This document shows, in pieces, positions 26,405 through 36,881 of a stretch of 64,000 bases of DNA (positions within the stretch are counted from its first letter, which is position 1; each line of letters opens with the position of its first letter). The stretch is from an uncultured virus (IMG/VR IMGVR_UViG_3300044655_000391) (Duplodnaviria; Heunggongvirae; Uroviricota; Caudoviricetes): IMG/VR virus record IMGVR_UViG_3300044655_000391. One strand, given 5' to 3'. The notes under the pieces were generated by a model, which saw nothing but the letters and a program-made list of their open reading frames with translations, had not been told where the DNA came from and searched no databases. Position numbers and translations under genes: made by a program.

Positions 26405-27898
26405 ATGAGCGATAAAGTCGTAGAACTGATGAATATGCTATCTCCAGAAGAACAGACTATGGTTCTGGAGCAAGTACGTGAATATGACAATGCCTTACTT
26501 CGTGAAGAAGGCCAAGAAGACTTTATGAAGTTTGTAACTACGATGTGGCCTGGATTCATTCACGGAAGACATCATGCCTTAATGGCTAGGAAGTTTGAAG
26601 AGATAGCGGAAGGCAAGACTAAGCGACTTATCATCAATATGCCTCCACGACATACAAAGTCAGAGTTTGCATCGTTTATGCTGCCTGCATGGTTCTTAGG
26701 TAGATTCCCTGGCAAGAAGATCATTCAGTGCTCTAATACAGCAGAACTTGCAGTTGGGTTTGGACGAAAGGTAAGAAATCTGGTAGACTCTGAAGTCTAT
26801 GCGAAAATATTCCCAAATGTCGCCCTTCGGTCTGACTCTAAAGCTGCTGGTCGCTGGAGTACTAATGCTAATGGTGAGTACTTTGCTATTGGTGTGGGTG
26901 GTACTGTCACAGGTAAGGGAGCTGATCTACTCATCATTGATGACCCGCATTCGGAACAGGAAGCAGCGTTAGCGTCAGCAGATCCATCAGTATTCGATAA
27001 GGTGTATGAGTGGTATACTTCAGGTCCACGTCAGCGTTTACAACCTGGAGGCTCTATTGTAGTGGTTATGACCCGTTGGTCTAAAAGAGACCTGACAGGT
27101 AAGATTCTACAAGCAATGACAGATCGTGATGGAGATGAATGGGAAATTATTGAGCTCCCAGCAATCCTTCCTTCTGAAAAACCTTTATGGCCAGAGTTCT
27201 GGTCTTACGATGAATTAAGTAAACTTCGTATTGAGTTGCCGTTAAGTAAATGGTCAGCACAGTATCAACAAAACCCAACCTCTGAAGAAGGTGCTTTAGT
27301 TAAGCGTGAATGGTGGATGGAGTGGGAGGCAGAAAACCCACCTTACTGTCAGTTTGTTATTCAATCATGGGATACAGCGTTTACAAAGAATGAGCGTTCT
27401 GACTATTCAGCATGCACAACTTGGGGAGTTTTTTACAAAGATGAAAATGAAAATGATCCTCATATTATTCTTCTTGATGCTCTTAAAGAGCGGATGGAAT
27501 TTCCAGAACTTAAGGCAAGAGCGTTTGAATACTATCAGGAATGGCAGCCAGATGCTTTTATTATAGAAGCTAAGGCCTCTGGAGCCCCGTTAATATTTGA
27601 GTTAAGAAGGATGGGAATACCCGTTCAAGAGTTTACACCAACCCGTGGAAACGATAAAATAAGCAGATTAAACTCTGTAACAGATTTATTTGCATCTGGC
27701 AAGGTATGGGCACCAAGAAAGCGTTGGGCCGAAGAAGTCATAGAAGAGATGGCAGCATTTCCAAATTCAGACCACGATGACTTAGTGGACTCTTCAACCC
27801 AAGCTCTTATTCGGTTTAGAAAGGGAGGATTCGTTAATCTTCCAACAGACGAACCAGACGAACCAAGAGAATTTAGACCTAAAGTTGCATATTACTAA
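26405..27898 (+). CDS. terL: Terminase large subunit
   Basis: MPPRHTKS Walker A, LLIIDDP Walker B, SWDTA and HDDLVDS nuclease motifs. Confidence 0.95.
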   Translation: MSDKVVELMNMLSPEEQTMVLEQVREYDNALLREEGQEDFMKFVTTMWPGFIHGRHHALMARKFEEIAEGKTKRLIINMPPRHTKSEFASFMLPAWFLGRFPGKKIIQCSNTAELAVGFGRKVRNLVDSEVYAKIFPNVALRSDSKAAGRWSTNANGEYFAIGVGGTVTGKGADLLIIDDPHSEQEAALASADPSVFDKVYEWYTSGPRQRLQPGGSIVVVMTRWSKRDLTGKILQAMTDRDGDEWEIIELPAILPSEKPLWPEFWSYDELSKLRIELPLSKWSAQYQQNPTSEEGALVKREWWMEWEAENPPYCQFVIQSWDTAFTKNERSDYSACTTWGVFYKDENENDPHIILLDALKERMEFPELKARAFEYYQEWQPDAFIIEAKASGAPLIFELRRMGIPVQEFTPTRGNDKISRLNSVTDLFASGKVWAPRKRWAEEVIEEMAAFPNSDHDDLVDSSTQALIRFRKGGFVNLPTDEPDEPREFRPKVAYY

Positions 27899-27907
27899 GG
27901 AAAAATT

Positions 27908-30412
27908 ATGGCAATCGACAAAGCACTATATGAATTACCACAAGGTCTCGCAGCAATTCCAGAAGCGCCACCTATAGAAATTGAAATTGAAGATCCTGAA
28001 TCTGTAAAAATTAACATGGATGGATTAGAGATTGATATTGAAAAAGCAGAAGACAATGAAGAGTTTAATAAAAACTTAGCTGAAGAATTAACTGAAGGTG
28101 AATTAACACTTTTAGCTGGTGATTTAATTGGTGACTTTGATGGAGACGTAGCTTCTCGTAAAGACTGGATTCAAACTTATGTCGATGGTTTAGAATTGCT
28201 TGGTCTAAAGATTGAAGAACGTTCAGAGCCATGGGATGGTGCATGTGGAGTCTACCACCCAATCTTAGCTGAAGCTGTTACTAAATTCCAATCAGAAACA
28301 ATCATGGATACTTTCCCAGCAGCTGGTCCTGTTAAGGGCGAGATCATTGGAAAAGAAACACAAGAGAAAAAAGAAGCGATGGAACGTGTTGTTGATGACA
28401 TGAACTATGAGCTTACAGAAAAGATGACCGAGTATCGCTCAGAACATGAACGTATGTTATGGGGCACCGCATTATCTGGTAACGGATTTAAAAAGGTTTA
28501 TGTAGATCCAGGTCTTGATCGTCAAGTATCTATCTATGTGCCTTCAGAAGATTTAGTAGTACCTTATGGCGCTTCTAATCTTGAAACTGCAGAGCGTGTA
28601 TCTCACGTCATGCGTAAAACAGAAAATGAATTACTAAGATTACAACTTGATGGCTTCTATCGTGATGTTGAATTAGGCGCACCACAAAATACATTAGATG
28701 AAGTTGAGAAGAAGATTGCAGAGAAGTTAGGCTTCCGTGCAACAACTGATTCAAGATATAAACTAATTGAAATGCAAGTTGACTTAGATCTTCCTGGCTT
28801 TGAACATGAAGATGAAAAAGGCAATAAGACAGGTTTAAAACTTCCATATATTGTAACGATTGAATACGGAAGTATGACAGTACTTGCAGTAAGACGTAAC
28901 TGGGAACCAGATGATGAGACTTTCCAAAAACGTCAACACTTTGTTCATTATGCATACATTCCAGGTTTTGGATTCTATGCTTTTGGTTTGATTCACTTGA
29001 TCGGAGGTTTTGCTAAATCTGGTACATCCATATTACGTCAGTTAGTAGACGCTGGATCACTAGCTAACCTTCCAGGTGGATTTAAAACTCGTGGCCTTAG
29101 AGTTAAAGGTGATGATACACCGATTGCTCCAGGCGAATTTAGAGATGTAGACGTACCTTCTGGCACGATGAAAGACAATATCATGCCATTACCTTACAAA
29201 GAACCATCACAAACGCTTATTCAACTACTTAATCAGATCATTGAAGAGGGTAGAAGATTTGCAGCTGCAGGTGATTTGAAGGTTTCAGACATGAGTGCTA
29301 ACTCTCCTGTAGGCACAACGCTTGCAATCTTAGAGAGAACACTCAAAGTGATGTCAGCTATTCAAGCTCGTATGCACTTTTCAATGAAAAATGAGTTTAA
29401 ATTACTCAAGAAGATCATTGCAAGCTACGCTCCAGCTGATTATTCATACGAACCAGCAACAGGTAACAGAAAAGCTCGTAGAAAAGACTATGAGATGATC
29501 AATATTATCCCTGTTTCTGACCCAAATGCGGCCACAATGAGTCAAAAAGTGGTGCAATACCAAGCAGTTTTACAATTATCACAAACAGCACCTCAACTTT
29601 ACAACCTACCATACCTACATCGTCAGATGTTGTCAGTATTAGGCATCAAAAATGCTGAAAAATTGGTACCTTTACCTGAAGATGAGAAGCCATTAGATCC
29701 AATTACTGAAAATATGAATGCTTTAAAGAGCAAACCTATGAAAGCTTTCATGTATCAGGACCATCAAGCCCATATTCAAATACATATGGCTATGTTAAAT
29801 GATCCAAAGATCAGAGAAACGATTGGTCAGAACCCACAAGCACCTATGATTGCTCAAGCACTACAAGCTCATATCACAGAGCACGTAGGTATGGAGTACA
29901 AACGTCAAATGGAGCTTACTATGGGCATTAATATCCCATATAACGACCTTGATAGCGATGATGAGGATACTAGAATAACACCTGAGCAAGAGCTTCAAAT
30001 TGCTCGTATGGCAGTTCCAGCAGCACAACAACTTCTCAATCAAAATCAAACAGAGATTGCAGCTAAAAATGCACAACAAGCAGCGCAAGATCCTGTAGTT
30101 CAAATGCAGTTGAAAGAACTTCAATTAAAAGCACAAGAAGTTGATATTAAGATGAAGAAAATGCAAATTGATGCGGCAGCAAAAGCTGATCAACTTGAAT
30201 TAGAGAAAGCTCGTATATCAGCACAGAAAGAAATTGCTGGCATGCAGGTGACAGCTAAAGCTCAAGCAGAAAAAGCTAACATTGCTTCAAAAGAAAAAAT
30301 GGAAGGCTTTAGATTAGGTTCAGATATTGGCAGATCAAAAGCTCAAATGGCTATGCAAGAGAATCAACAAAGAAAACAAAACCAACAACCTTCAAACAAG
30401 GAAAATAAATGA
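27908..30412 (+). CDS. Portal protein (P22-like, with C-terminal coiled barrel)
   Basis: Follows terL; 834 aa; Gln-rich helical C-terminus. Confidence 0.9.
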   Translation: MAIDKALYELPQGLAAIPEAPPIEIEIEDPESVKINMDGLEIDIEKAEDNEEFNKNLAEELTEGELTLLAGDLIGDFDGDVASRKDWIQTYVDGLELLGLKIEERSEPWDGACGVYHPILAEAVTKFQSETIMDTFPAAGPVKGEIIGKETQEKKEAMERVVDDMNYELTEKMTEYRSEHERMLWGTALSGNGFKKVYVDPGLDRQVSIYVPSEDLVVPYGASNLETAERVSHVMRKTENELLRLQLDGFYRDVELGAPQNTLDEVEKKIAEKLGFRATTDSRYKLIEMQVDLDLPGFEHEDEKGNKTGLKLPYIVTIEYGSMTVLAVRRNWEPDDETFQKRQHFVHYAYIPGFGFYAFGLIHLIGGFAKSGTSILRQLVDAGSLANLPGGFKTRGLRVKGDDTPIAPGEFRDVDVPSGTMKDNIMPLPYKEPSQTLIQLLNQIIEEGRRFAAAGDLKVSDMSANSPVGTTLAILERTLKVMSAIQARMHFSMKNEFKLLKKIIASYAPADYSYEPATGNRKARRKDYEMINIIPVSDPNAATMSQKVVQYQAVLQLSQTAPQLYNLPYLHRQMLSVLGIKNAEKLVPLPEDEKPLDPITENMNALKSKPMKAFMYQDHQAHIQIHMAMLNDPKIRETIGQNPQAPMIAQALQAHITEHVGMEYKRQMELTMGINIPYNDLDSDDEDTRITPEQELQIARMAVPAAQQLLNQNQTEIAAKNAQQAAQDPVVQMQLKELQLKAQEVDIKMKKMQIDAAAKADQLELEKARISAQKEIAGMQVTAKAQAEKANIASKEKMEGFRLGSDIGRSKAQMAMQENQQRKQNQQPSNKENK

Positions 30413-30597
30413 ATGAGTACGAAGTAATATTAAGAGAAATAGATATACAAGTAAGAAATTTAGAAGAACATTTAGGTACTGGTGTAGCCAAAGACTACTC
30501 TGAATACCAAAATATATGCGGAAAGATATCAGGTCTACTTTCTACACGAAGATACATTCAAGACCTAAATAAACAAATGGAGAACTCAGATGAGTGA
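30409..30597 (+). CDS. Small head-module protein
   Basis: DYSEYQNICGKISGL; position after portal. Confidence 0.7.
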   Translation: MNEYEVILREIDIQVRNLEEHLGTGVAKDYSEYQNICGKISGLLSTRRYIQDLNKQMENSDE

Positions 30598-31000
30598 AAT
30601 ACTAATCGGCTCAAATCCCGATGATGTAAACCAAGCAACAACTCTTCCCCAAACGGATGAGGAAAAAGCAAAGCAGTTACCAGAAGTATCAGGATATCGT
30701 ATCTTATGTGCGATTCCAGAAGCAGATGACAAGTTTGACAGTGGATTAATTAAATCCTCTGAGACAATGAGAAATGAAGAAGTTTTATCTACAGTATTCT
30801 TTGTAGTTAAAATGGGTCCAGATTGCTACAAGGATGAAAAAAGATTTCCTACAGGTCCTTGGTGTAAAGTTGGTGACTTCATATTAGCCCGCCCTAATTC
30901 AGGCACACGCTTGAAGATTCATAACAGGGAATTCCGAATAATTAATGATGATAGTGTCGAAGGTATCGTAGAAGATCCTCGTGGCATTAGTCGTATTTAA
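30590..31000 (+). CDS. GroES-like co-chaperonin
   Basis: GYRIL...SGLI...VVKMGPD...VGDFI...RIINDD. Confidence 0.85.
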   Translation: MSEILIGSNPDDVNQATTLPQTDEEKAKQLPEVSGYRILCAIPEADDKFDSGLIKSSETMRNEEVLSTVFFVVKMGPDCYKDEKRFPTGPWCKVGDFILARPNSGTRLKIHNREFRIINDDSVEGIVEDPRGISRI

Positions 31001-31011
31001 GGAGAATTAAC

Positions 31012-31974
31012 ATGGCTGATGATGATTTTAAATTTCCAGATGAAATGGAAAATGAAACACCAGAAGTAGAAGCATCTGCAGAAGAAAAGATTGAAATTGA
31101 AATAGTGGATGATCGTCCTGAAGAAGATCAAAAGAACGCTCAACCACTACCAGAAGCAATTGTAAAAGACATTGAAAATGATGATCTTGAACAGTATTCA
31201 AAAGAAGCTAAACAACGTTTACTTCAAATGAAAAAACTCATTAATGATGAGCGTAGAGAAAAAGAACAAGCATTACGTGAGCAACAAGAAGCAATTCGTG
31301 TAGCACAATCATTAGTAGAAGAAACTAAAAAACTTAGAGGCCGTCTAACAGAAGGTGAAAAAGTATATGTTTCTAACGCTAAAGAAGGTGCAGAACGACA
31401 ATTAGAGCTTGCTAGAATCGCTTATAAAGAAGCATATGATTCTGGTGATTCTGATAAAGTTGTAGATGCACAAGAAAAACTCACAGAAGCTAAGTTTAAA
31501 GTTCATGAAGTTGAGTCTTATAGACCTCAATATGATGAAAGTGCTTTACAAACATCTGAAAATGAGGTAAAAATACCAGAACAGTCACAACAACCGCAAC
31601 GATTGGATTCAAAAACCCAATCCTGGTTGGACAAAAACAGCTGGTATGGTGTTGATGACGATATGAGTTTCCTCGCAATGGGTATTCATAGACGACTAGA
31701 ACGTGATGGAGTCACAACTGGCTCTGATCAATACTGGAACGCTATAGATACCGAAATGCGTAAAAGATTCCCAGAGAAGTTTGCTGGCGATAATAACTCA
31801 GAGACCAAAGACTCTGTTAAAAAACCATCAACGGTAGTAGCGCCTGCTACACGTTCTACATCCCCAAAAAAGATTAGACTGACGCAGACACAATTAGCTT
31901 TGGCTAAAAAGTTCAAACTTTCTCCAGAGCAATATGCGCTGGAATTAACTAAATTGGAGTCCCAAAATGGCTGA
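31012..31974 (+). CDS. Capsid scaffolding protein
   Basis: Acidic coiled-coil; C-terminal AKKFKLSPEQYA; position. Confidence 0.7.
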   Translation: MADDDFKFPDEMENETPEVEASAEEKIEIEIVDDRPEEDQKNAQPLPEAIVKDIENDDLEQYSKEAKQRLLQMKKLINDERREKEQALREQQEAIRVAQSLVEETKKLRGRLTEGEKVYVSNAKEGAERQLELARIAYKEAYDSGDSDKVVDAQEKLTEAKFKVHEVESYRPQYDESALQTSENEVKIPEQSQQPQRLDSKTQSWLDKNSWYGVDDDMSFLAMGIHRRLERDGVTTGSDQYWNAIDTEMRKRFPEKFAGDNNSETKDSVKKPSTVVAPATRSTSPKKIRLTQTQLALAKKFKLSPEQYALELTKLESQNG

Positions 31975-32413
31975 AAATAGAATTCCCCGTGAAGTAGATA
32001 CCCGTCAACAGGATGAGCGCCCTAAACAGTGGCAAGCTCCTGAATTGTTACCAGAACCAGATAAACAAGCTGGCTTTGCGTACAGATGGATTAGAGTTTC
32101 AATGCTGAACTCAGCAGACCCACGCAATCTCAGTTCTAAACTTAGAGAAGGCTGGGAACCTGTAAGAGCAGAAGAGCAACCTAAATTTCAACTGTTAGTT
32201 GATCCCGATAGTCGTTATAAAGACAACATCGAGATTGGCGGATTATTACTTTGTAAGACACCTATTGAATTAGTCGAGCAAAGAACAGAGTACTATGAGA
32301 AGCAAACGCAATCTCAAACAGACGCTGTAGACAATAATCTTATGCGTCAAAATGACCCTAGAATGCCTCTATTTAATGAGAGAAAATCTAGCACTAGTTT
32401 TGGCAAAGGTTAA
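31967..32413 (+). CDS. Head-module protein
   Basis: YRWIR...LREGWEPV; between scaffold and capsid genes. Confidence 0.7.
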   Translation: MAENRIPREVDTRQQDERPKQWQAPELLPEPDKQAGFAYRWIRVSMLNSADPRNLSSKLREGWEPVRAEEQPKFQLLVDPDSRYKDNIEIGGLLLCKTPIELVEQRTEYYEKQTQSQTDAVDNNLMRQNDPRMPLFNERKSSTSFGKG

Positions 32414-32438
32414 TTTATTAATTTAAGGAGTTTTAAAC

Positions 32439-33062
32439 ATGGCTTATCCAACCATTAATTCTCCCTATGGTTTTGAAGCGATTAATCGTTATGATGGTAT
32501 GCCTTATGCTGGTGCAACATTACAGTATAAGATTAGTGGTTCTTACAACACACCAATCTATAACGGTTCTTCAGTTAAAATCGTAGCGGGCGGTACTATT
32601 GAATTATCTGGCGCAACAACTACTGGTACTATTATCGGTGTTGCAACAGGCTTTCAATATACCAATTCATCAGGTCAGACAGTTCAAGCTCAATACTACC
32701 CAGGCACTAGCGTTACTAATGCTATTGCTTACGTAGTAGTTGATGCTTCAGCTTCTTTCAAGGTGGCAGTAACAACTTCAGGCGCTCCAACAGTAGTAAC
32801 AGGTGCTAATGCAACTATCGTTGGTGCTAACGTAGCTGAAATCCAAAACGGTACAGGTTCTACAACAACAGGTAATGCACAATCATCTATTGTTAAACCT
32901 GCAGATACCGCTGGTGCTGCTACAACATTACCATGGAGAGTAGTTGCAGTCGTTCCAGATACAGCATATGTATCAGGTGGCGTAACGCTTTACCCAGAAG
33001 TAATTGTAAAAGTCAACAACCCACAGCTAACTGCCCTTACAGGCGTGGCTTACACAGCTTAA
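32439..33062 (+). CDS. Capsid decoration/cement protein
   Basis: Beta-rich protein directly upstream of the major capsid gene. Confidence 0.6.
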   Translation: MAYPTINSPYGFEAINRYDGMPYAGATLQYKISGSYNTPIYNGSSVKIVAGGTIELSGATTTGTIIGVATGFQYTNSSGQTVQAQYYPGTSVTNAIAYVVVDASASFKVAVTTSGAPTVVTGANATIVGANVAEIQNGTGSTTTGNAQSSIVKPADTAGAATTLPWRVVAVVPDTAYVSGGVTLYPEVIVKVNNPQLTALTGVAYTA

Positions 33063-33077
33063 CTAGGAGAATAAAAC

Positions 33078-33986
33078 ATGGCTATTTCACGTGCACAGCT
33101 CCTTAAAGAGCTATTACCAGGACTTAATGCGCTATTCGGTTTAGAGTACGCAAGATATGGCGAAGAACATAAAGAAATCTACGAAACAGAGACTTCAGAA
33201 CGTTCATTCGAAGAAGAAACAAAACTATCAGGTTTCTCAGCAGCACCAGTCAAAAACGAAGGTACTTCTATCGCTTATGACAATGCTCAAGAAGCTTGGA
33301 CAGCTCGATACAATCATGAAACTATCGCTCTTGGCTTCAGCTTAACTGAAGAAGCTATTGAAGATAACTTATATGATTCTTTATCAGCTCGTTACACAAA
33401 AGCTTTAGCGAGAGCTATGGCTTACACGAAACAAGTGAAAGCTGCTGCAGTTATTAATAACGGCTTCAGTTCTTCATACGCTGGTGGTGACGGCAAGGCT
33501 TTATTTGCTACTGACCATCCACTTGTTTCAGGCGGTACAAATAGTAACACTCCATCAACAGCAGCTGACTTGAACGAAACTTCATTGGAAAATGCAGTTA
33601 TTCAAATCGCAGCTTGGACTGATGAGCGTGGTCTATTAATTGCAGCTAAACCTAAAAAACTTATCGTTCCACCAGCATTGCAATTCGTTGCAACTCGCTT
33701 GTTAGAAACTGAGTTACGTGTTGGTACAGCTGACAATGATATCAATGCTATTAAGAACAATGGCTCTATCCCAGAAGGTTATACAATTAACCACTTCTTG
33801 ACAGACGCTAACGGTTGGTATTTAACAACTGACGTTCCTAATGGTATGAAACACTTTGTTCGTACTCCATTAAGCAATTCAATGGACGGTGACTTCGATA
33901 CAGGTAACGTACGTTATAAATCACGTGAACGTTATTCATTCGGTTGGTCAGATCCGTTAGGTATGTTCGGTTCACCAGGTGCTTAA
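33078..33986 (+). CDS. Major capsid protein
   Basis: MAISRAQLLKELLPGLNALFG...RERYSFGWSD; strong RBS; terminator downstream. Confidence 0.92.
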   Translation: MAISRAQLLKELLPGLNALFGLEYARYGEEHKEIYETETSERSFEEETKLSGFSAAPVKNEGTSIAYDNAQEAWTARYNHETIALGFSLTEEAIEDNLYDSLSARYTKALARAMAYTKQVKAAAVINNGFSSSYAGGDGKALFATDHPLVSGGTNSNTPSTAADLNETSLENAVIQIAAWTDERGLLIAAKPKKLIVPPALQFVATRLLETELRVGTADNDINAIKNNGSIPEGYTINHFLTDANGWYLTTDVPNGMKHFVRTPLSNSMDGDFDTGNVRYKSRERYSFGWSDPLGMFGSPGA

Positions 33987-34004
33987 TTAAGCATTTGATG
34001 GTAG

Positions 34005-34032
34005 AAAAGGCTCTATTCGTAGGGCCTTTTTT
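34005..34032 (+). terminator. Rho-independent terminator after the capsid gene
   Basis: AAAAGGCTCTA-TTCG-TAGGGCCTTTTTT. Confidence 0.85.
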
Positions 34033-34094
34033 ATTTGCCTGCGTATATAAAAACACTAGCGTTTACAGGCAAAAGTATTGTAAAATAACCATAT

Positions 34095-34152
34095 CCAGGC
34101 ACATCCTGGTTTATTAGACTGTCCTGGCAGACGCATAAAAGACTAATGAACC
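34095..34152 (+). ncRNA. Candidate structured leader RNA (stem plus pseudoknot)
   Basis: GGTTTATTAG/CTAATGAACC stem; CCAGG can pair with either of two CCTGG. Confidence 0.5.
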
Positions 34153-34175
34153 TAACTTTTTATGAAGGAAAAATC

Positions 34176-34658
34176 ATGTCAAGAACTACATTCTCAGGCC
34201 CAGTCAAATCAGGCACAAATAGATACACTCCATACAAGAACGTTGGTACAACAGTATTAACACAACAAACAGCATTTACTTTTGATGCAACATTAGTTCA
34301 AAGCGTAACATTATATGTTCCAGCAGGATCTAAAATTACTAATATTGTTGTTGATGTTATTACAGCGTATGACTCAGCTACATCAGCTACTTTAACTGTT
34401 GGTAAAACTGCAGCTGGTACTGAGTATGCTTCTGGTGTTAATGCTAAAACTGCAGGTCGTACAACACCTACATTTACAGCATCACAATTAACCAATATGC
34501 AATCAACTCCAATTGATGTTGCAGCATCTAATGGCCAACAAGCTTCTTCAGCTATTATTGCTACAATAACATCAGTAGGTCAACCTACAGCTGGTACAGG
34601 TTTTGTTACAATTGAATACGCTCAATCTGATGACCGTGCAACATACAACACACAATAA
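34176..34658 (+). CDS. Virion structural protein (MSRTTFSGPV...)
   Basis: AAGGA RBS before ATG 34176; beta-rich. Confidence 0.7.
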   Translation: MSRTTFSGPVKSGTNRYTPYKNVGTTVLTQQTAFTFDATLVQSVTLYVPAGSKITNIVVDVITAYDSATSATLTVGKTAAGTEYASGVNAKTAGRTTPTFTASQLTNMQSTPIDVAASNGQQASSAIIATITSVGQPTAGTGFVTIEYAQSDDRATYNTQ

Positions 34659-34709
34659 TTAATCTAAGGGGGTTAACTCCCCCTTGTTTATAACTTAAGG
34701 AGATTAATT

Positions 34710-35222
34710 ATGGCAATGCAATATGATGTAAAACAAGCTCACATTGACCAAAGCGGATACTTAGTAAAATTTGCAACACGTGTTAAGGGTGTATCATATG
34801 TAGGTACAGCTACTGCGGGATTTGTAGTTTTATTTGATACATTAACAACGCCAGTTTCAGCTAGTGTCACTTATGGTCGTTCAGGCAATACAGTCACTGT
34901 TACAAAAACAGCTCATGGATTAAATACAGGAGACGTTATTGGCATTCATTTTGAATCAGGCACAGGAGGTGCAGCTACAGACGGTAATTACACAATTACT
35001 AGAACAGGCGCTGATACTTTTACTTTAACTGATATCAATACTGGAACAATTACAGCTACTCCAGCAGCAGTATATTCAACAAAATGGCTATTAACTTATA
35101 ATGTTTCTGCAGCTGATACATACAACAATGCTCCTATTATTCCAGGCGAAGGCGTGCGTGTACTTAATGGCGTTTATGCTTATATGTCAAACGTAGAAGC
35201 TATTCAAATATATTACGGATAA
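34710..35222 (+). CDS. Virion structural protein with inserted beta domain
   Basis: TVTVTKTAHGLNTGD...YTIT...DTFT module. Confidence 0.65.
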   Translation: MAMQYDVKQAHIDQSGYLVKFATRVKGVSYVGTATAGFVVLFDTLTTPVSASVTYGRSGNTVTVTKTAHGLNTGDVIGIHFESGTGGAATDGNYTITRTGADTFTLTDINTGTITATPAAVYSTKWLLTYNVSAADTYNNAPIIPGEGVRVLNGVYAYMSNVEAIQIYYG

Positions 35223-35225
35223 TAT

Positions 35226-35447
35226 ATGAGCAACGAACGTGAATTAGCGGAACACGGTGTAGAAATTAAACATATTCAATCTGATGTAGATACTATTATG
35301 GAAGATATGAGTCAGTTAAAAAAACGTCTTGATAGTATTGAAAAGACTTTAGAAGAAATTAAAGGCGGTTGGAAAGTATTTATTGCTATTGCTACTGTTC
35401 TTTCAGGCGTTATAAGCTGGATGGTAACTCACTGGTTAGGTAAGTAA
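35226..35447 (+). CDS. Small coiled-coil protein with C-terminal TM segment (XhlA/holin-like)
   Basis: Coiled-coil followed by one hydrophobic helix. Confidence 0.55.
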   Translation: MSNERELAEHGVEIKHIQSDVDTIMEDMSQLKKRLDSIEKTLEEIKGGWKVFIAIATVLSGVISWMVTHWLGK

Positions 35448-35833
35448 TGCCAAGTAAATCTAAAGCTCAACATAAACTTATGACAGCAGTGGCTCATAAT
35501 AAAGCCTTTGCTAAAAAAGTTGGAATACCTCAATCAGTAGGTAAAGATTTTGCAGAAGCTGACAAAGGTAAGAAGTTTAAAAAAGGTGGCGTATCATTAG
35601 CTGTTGGACGTGGTGAGAAGTTACCAGTGTCTAAAGGTGCTGGATTAACCGCTAAAGGCCGTGCTAAATATAACGCTGCTACAGGATCTAATTTAAAGGC
35701 TCCACAACCACAAGGTGGTGCTCGTAAAAGATCTTTCTGTGCAAGAATGTCTGGAATGCCTGGACCCATGAAAGATGAAAAAGGCAGACCTACTCGTAAA
35801 GCAGCTTCTTTAAAACGTTGGAAATGTAACTAA
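35447..35833 (+). CDS. Small basic protein (RKRSFCARM...WKC)
   Basis: Lys-rich; FKKGG motif. Confidence 0.7.
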   Translation: MPSKSKAQHKLMTAVAHNKAFAKKVGIPQSVGKDFAEADKGKKFKKGGVSLAVGRGEKLPVSKGAGLTAKGRAKYNAATGSNLKAPQPQGGARKRSFCARMSGMPGPMKDEKGRPTRKAASLKRWKCN

Positions 35834-35842
35834 GGAACTAAT

Positions 35843-36283
35843 ATGAAAAAGAAATCAACAAACCCAAGAATGGCTATGATGATGGGACGTGCAATGAAGC
35901 GCCCAGCACTAGCTGTAAACCCAGAAGTAGCTAGACCAGCTGTTAATCCAATGGCTGCTATGGCTGCTGCACCAGCAATGCCAACAATGAAAAAAGGCGG
36001 GAAACTTAAAGCTGTAGATACAAGTAAGAATCCTGGAATATCAAAATTACCAACGGAGGTTAGAAATAAAATGGGCTACATGAAAAAAGGCGGTATGGCT
36101 AAAGGATGTGCAACAAAATCAGATGCAAAAATGATTGCTAAAAAAGAAGTAAAAGGTCATGAATCATCAATGCACAAAATGAAATCAGGTGGCGCATGTT
36201 ACGCTGCTGGTGGCAAAGCATCTCAATTATCTAAAGCTAATGGTATTGCTGTTCGTGGCAAAACTAAAGGAAAGATTATTTAA
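35843..36283 (+). CDS. Small basic protein with repeated M-K-x-GG motifs
   Basis: MKKGG x2, MKSGG, YAAGG; C-terminal RGKTKGKII. Confidence 0.7.
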   Translation: MKKKSTNPRMAMMMGRAMKRPALAVNPEVARPAVNPMAAMAAAPAMPTMKKGGKLKAVDTSKNPGISKLPTEVRNKMGYMKKGGMAKGCATKSDAKMIAKKEVKGHESSMHKMKSGGACYAAGGKASQLSKANGIAVRGKTKGKII

Positions 36284-36285
36284 TC

Positions 36286-36552
36286 ATGGCTATCATTGAA
36301 AAAATCAAGAAATTTGTTAAGGATATTACTCCTCCTTCTGGCGAACAAAAAGCTAAGATTGAAGAAAAGCAAATGAAGGTTGAAGAAATGAAAGATCCTA
36401 ATGCTTATCGTAAAAATAAAGCTATGTATGATACAAGTACAGAAGTTAAAAAGTTTGATGATAATTACAAGCATGGCGGCAAAGTATCTTCAGCTTCTAA
36501 ACGTGCTGACGGTTGTGCTGTTCGTGGAAAAACTAAAGGAAAAATCTGCTAA
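36286..36552 (+). CDS. Small basic protein
   Basis: YKHGG; C-terminal RADGCAVRGKTKGKIC. Confidence 0.7.
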   Translation: MAIIEKIKKFVKDITPPSGEQKAKIEEKQMKVEEMKDPNAYRKNKAMYDTSTEVKKFDDNYKHGGKVSSASKRADGCAVRGKTKGKIC

Positions 36553-36800
36553 TGAGAGCCTCTCGTGGTATGGGCGATATAACCCCATCTAAAATGCCTA
36601 AGGGTAAAAAGAAAGCCCGTAGAGATGATACGGACTTTACTCAATATGCTAAGGGTGGCAAGGTCGGCCTCTATGCCAATATTCACGCAAAGAAGGCACG
36701 TATAGCTCAAGGTTCTGGTGAGAAGATGCGTAAGCCTGGCGCTAAAGGTGCACCTACAGCAAAACAATTCAAACAAGCTGCTAAAACAGCTAAAAAATAA
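36552..36800 (+). CDS. Small basic protein
   Basis: YAKGG; GLYANIHAK motif. Confidence 0.7.
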   Translation: MRASRGMGDITPSKMPKGKKKARRDDTDFTQYAKGGKVGLYANIHAKKARIAQGSGEKMRKPGAKGAPTAKQFKQAAKTAKK

Positions 36801-36881
36801 AGGCATATATGATCAAGAAATTTGTGCAAAAAATTATCAAAAAACTTAAAAATTTGCGTATTTTGCAAAAATAGGTAAACA

